Below are positions 1 to 247 of a stretch of 247 bases of DNA, one piece after another. The position numbers and the translations under genes were made by a program. The notes under the pieces were generated by a model. The model was not told where the DNA came from and did no database searches. It was given only the letters and a program-made list of their open reading frames with translations. This stretch comes from a phage: sequence record BH153128.1, one strand, 5' to 3'. Each line of letters starts with the position of its first letter. Positions within the stretch are counted from its first letter, which is position 1.

Positions 1-1
1 A

Positions 2-199
2 AAGGAAAGTTTTTTTATTAGAGGAACGGTGGTTAATATCTGCTGGAGTAAAGGCGAAGGAATCCGTAGCTTTTGCGTAATTGACGATGATAATAACCTG
101 TATGTGATTCGCTATCATAATAATTCTGTGTTGGTTTATACCGACAATTCACGAGAATTGTATACTCTTGAATTTGTTAAGCGATCTGATTGCGACTGA
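2..199 (+). CDS. 3' end of a protein-coding gene (5'-partial; start lies upstream of the window); hypothetical protein, C-terminal 65 aa
   Basis: Frame 2 is open from position 2 to a TGA stop at 197-199 (65 sense codons), while + frames 1 and 3 are interrupted repeatedly by stops. Translation: KESFFIRGTVVNICWSKGEGIRSFCVIDDDNNLYVIRYHNNSVLVYTDNSRELYTLEFVKRSDCD*. In DNA this AT-rich, a 65-codon stop-free run is unlikely by chance (rough estimate about 1% per frame). Third-codon-position GC is about 35% (23 of 65), in line with the bulk composition. I recognise no family or motif, so the product is left as hypothetical. Confidence 0.6.
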   Translation, partial: KESFFIRGTVVNICWSKGEGIRSFCVIDDDNNLYVIRYHNNSVLVYTDNSRELYTLEFVKRSDCD

Positions 200-214
200 T
201 TTGTTCGTGCTTAT

Positions 215-225
215 GAAGAAGATGG
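215..225 (+). promoter_or_regulatory. Candidate ribosome-binding region (purine-rich GAAGAAGATGG) for the downstream gene
   Basis: The purine-rich run GAAGAAG at 215-221 is the only Shine-Dalgarno-like element in the spacer. It is 14 nt from the ATG at 236 (long) but 8 nt from the alternative TTG at 230 (typical). The weaker GATGG at 221-225 is 10 nt from the ATG at 236. Match to AGGAGG is imperfect. Confidence 0.3.
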
Positions 226-235
226 CTGTTTGCGC

Positions 236-247
236 ATGAAACAGAAA
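236..247 (+). CDS. 5' end of a downstream protein-coding gene (3'-partial); hypothetical protein beginning MKQK
   Basis: ATG at 236-238 followed by AAA CAG AAA, running off the window end. It is in the same frame as the upstream CDS, and frame 2 has no stop between 200 and 247. An alternative in-frame TTG at 230-232 sits 8-9 nt downstream of the purine-rich stretch and could be the true start. Only 4 codons are visible, so coding status cannot be tested here. Confidence 0.35.

Noticed and set aside
3-80. Second open frame on the + strand (frame 3, 25 codons, stop TAA at 78-80)
   Set aside because: Short, fully nested inside the 65-codon frame-2 ORF, and expected by chance at this length.
81-86. 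-35-like hexamer TTGACG
   Set aside because: No -10-like hexamer at 16-18 bp downstream (GTGATT, TGTGAT and TGATTC are all poor matches), and it lies in the middle of the coding frame.
87-124. Repeated ATAATAA motifs (GATGATAATAAC at 87-98; TCATAATAATT at 114-124) as a possible repeat element or binding-site array
   Set aside because: These are simply Asp/Asn/His codon runs (DDNN, HNN) in an AT-rich coding sequence. They are too short and degenerate to call as a repeat, CRISPR or mobile-element feature.
161-166. Sigma70-type promoter with -10 hexamer TATACT driving the downstream gene
   Set aside because: No acceptable -35 at 16-18 bp spacing (ATACCG at 138-143 matches TTGACA at 2 of 6; TTGGTT at 131-136 is 24 bp away), and the preceding TG abuts the hexamer rather than forming a TGn extended -10. 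AT-rich coding DNA throws up -10-like hexamers frequently.
200-235. Intrinsic (rho-independent) terminator after the upstream stop codon
   Set aside because: No GC-rich inverted repeat followed by a T-run is present in the spacer. The only T-rich stretch (200-205) is not preceded by a stem.
152-247. Reverse-strand open frame entering from the right edge (32 codons, stop complement at 149-151), translation FLFHAQTAIFFISTNKSVAIRSLNKFKSIQFS*
   Set aside because: It contains no ATG in frame within the window, is only marginally longer than expected by chance (roughly 10% probability), and overlaps both the last 48 bp of the much stronger + strand ORF and the start of the downstream + strand gene. 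More likely a shadow frame.

Overview
This 247-bp window is AT-rich (91 G+C of 247, about 37% GC by my count) and appears to be a junction between two co-directional genes on the + strand. The only long open frame is + frame 2, which enters from the left edge and runs to a TGA stop at 197-199, encoding 65 C-terminal residues of a protein I cannot identify. A 36-bp spacer (200-235) follows, containing a purine-rich Shine-Dalgarno-like stretch, and then an ATG at 236 (MKQK...) that runs off the right edge. I see no rRNA, tRNA, CRISPR array, mobile-element terminus or intrinsic terminator. No novel biological system can be demonstrated from this window: it contains one partial C-terminus, a short spacer and four codons of a second gene. 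The observations below are small-scale sequence features (a tandem near-repeat across the stop codon, a short palindrome, a start-overlapping mini-ORF, a T7 tract) plus compositional hints that the locus may be accessory. None of this could be checked against databases here.
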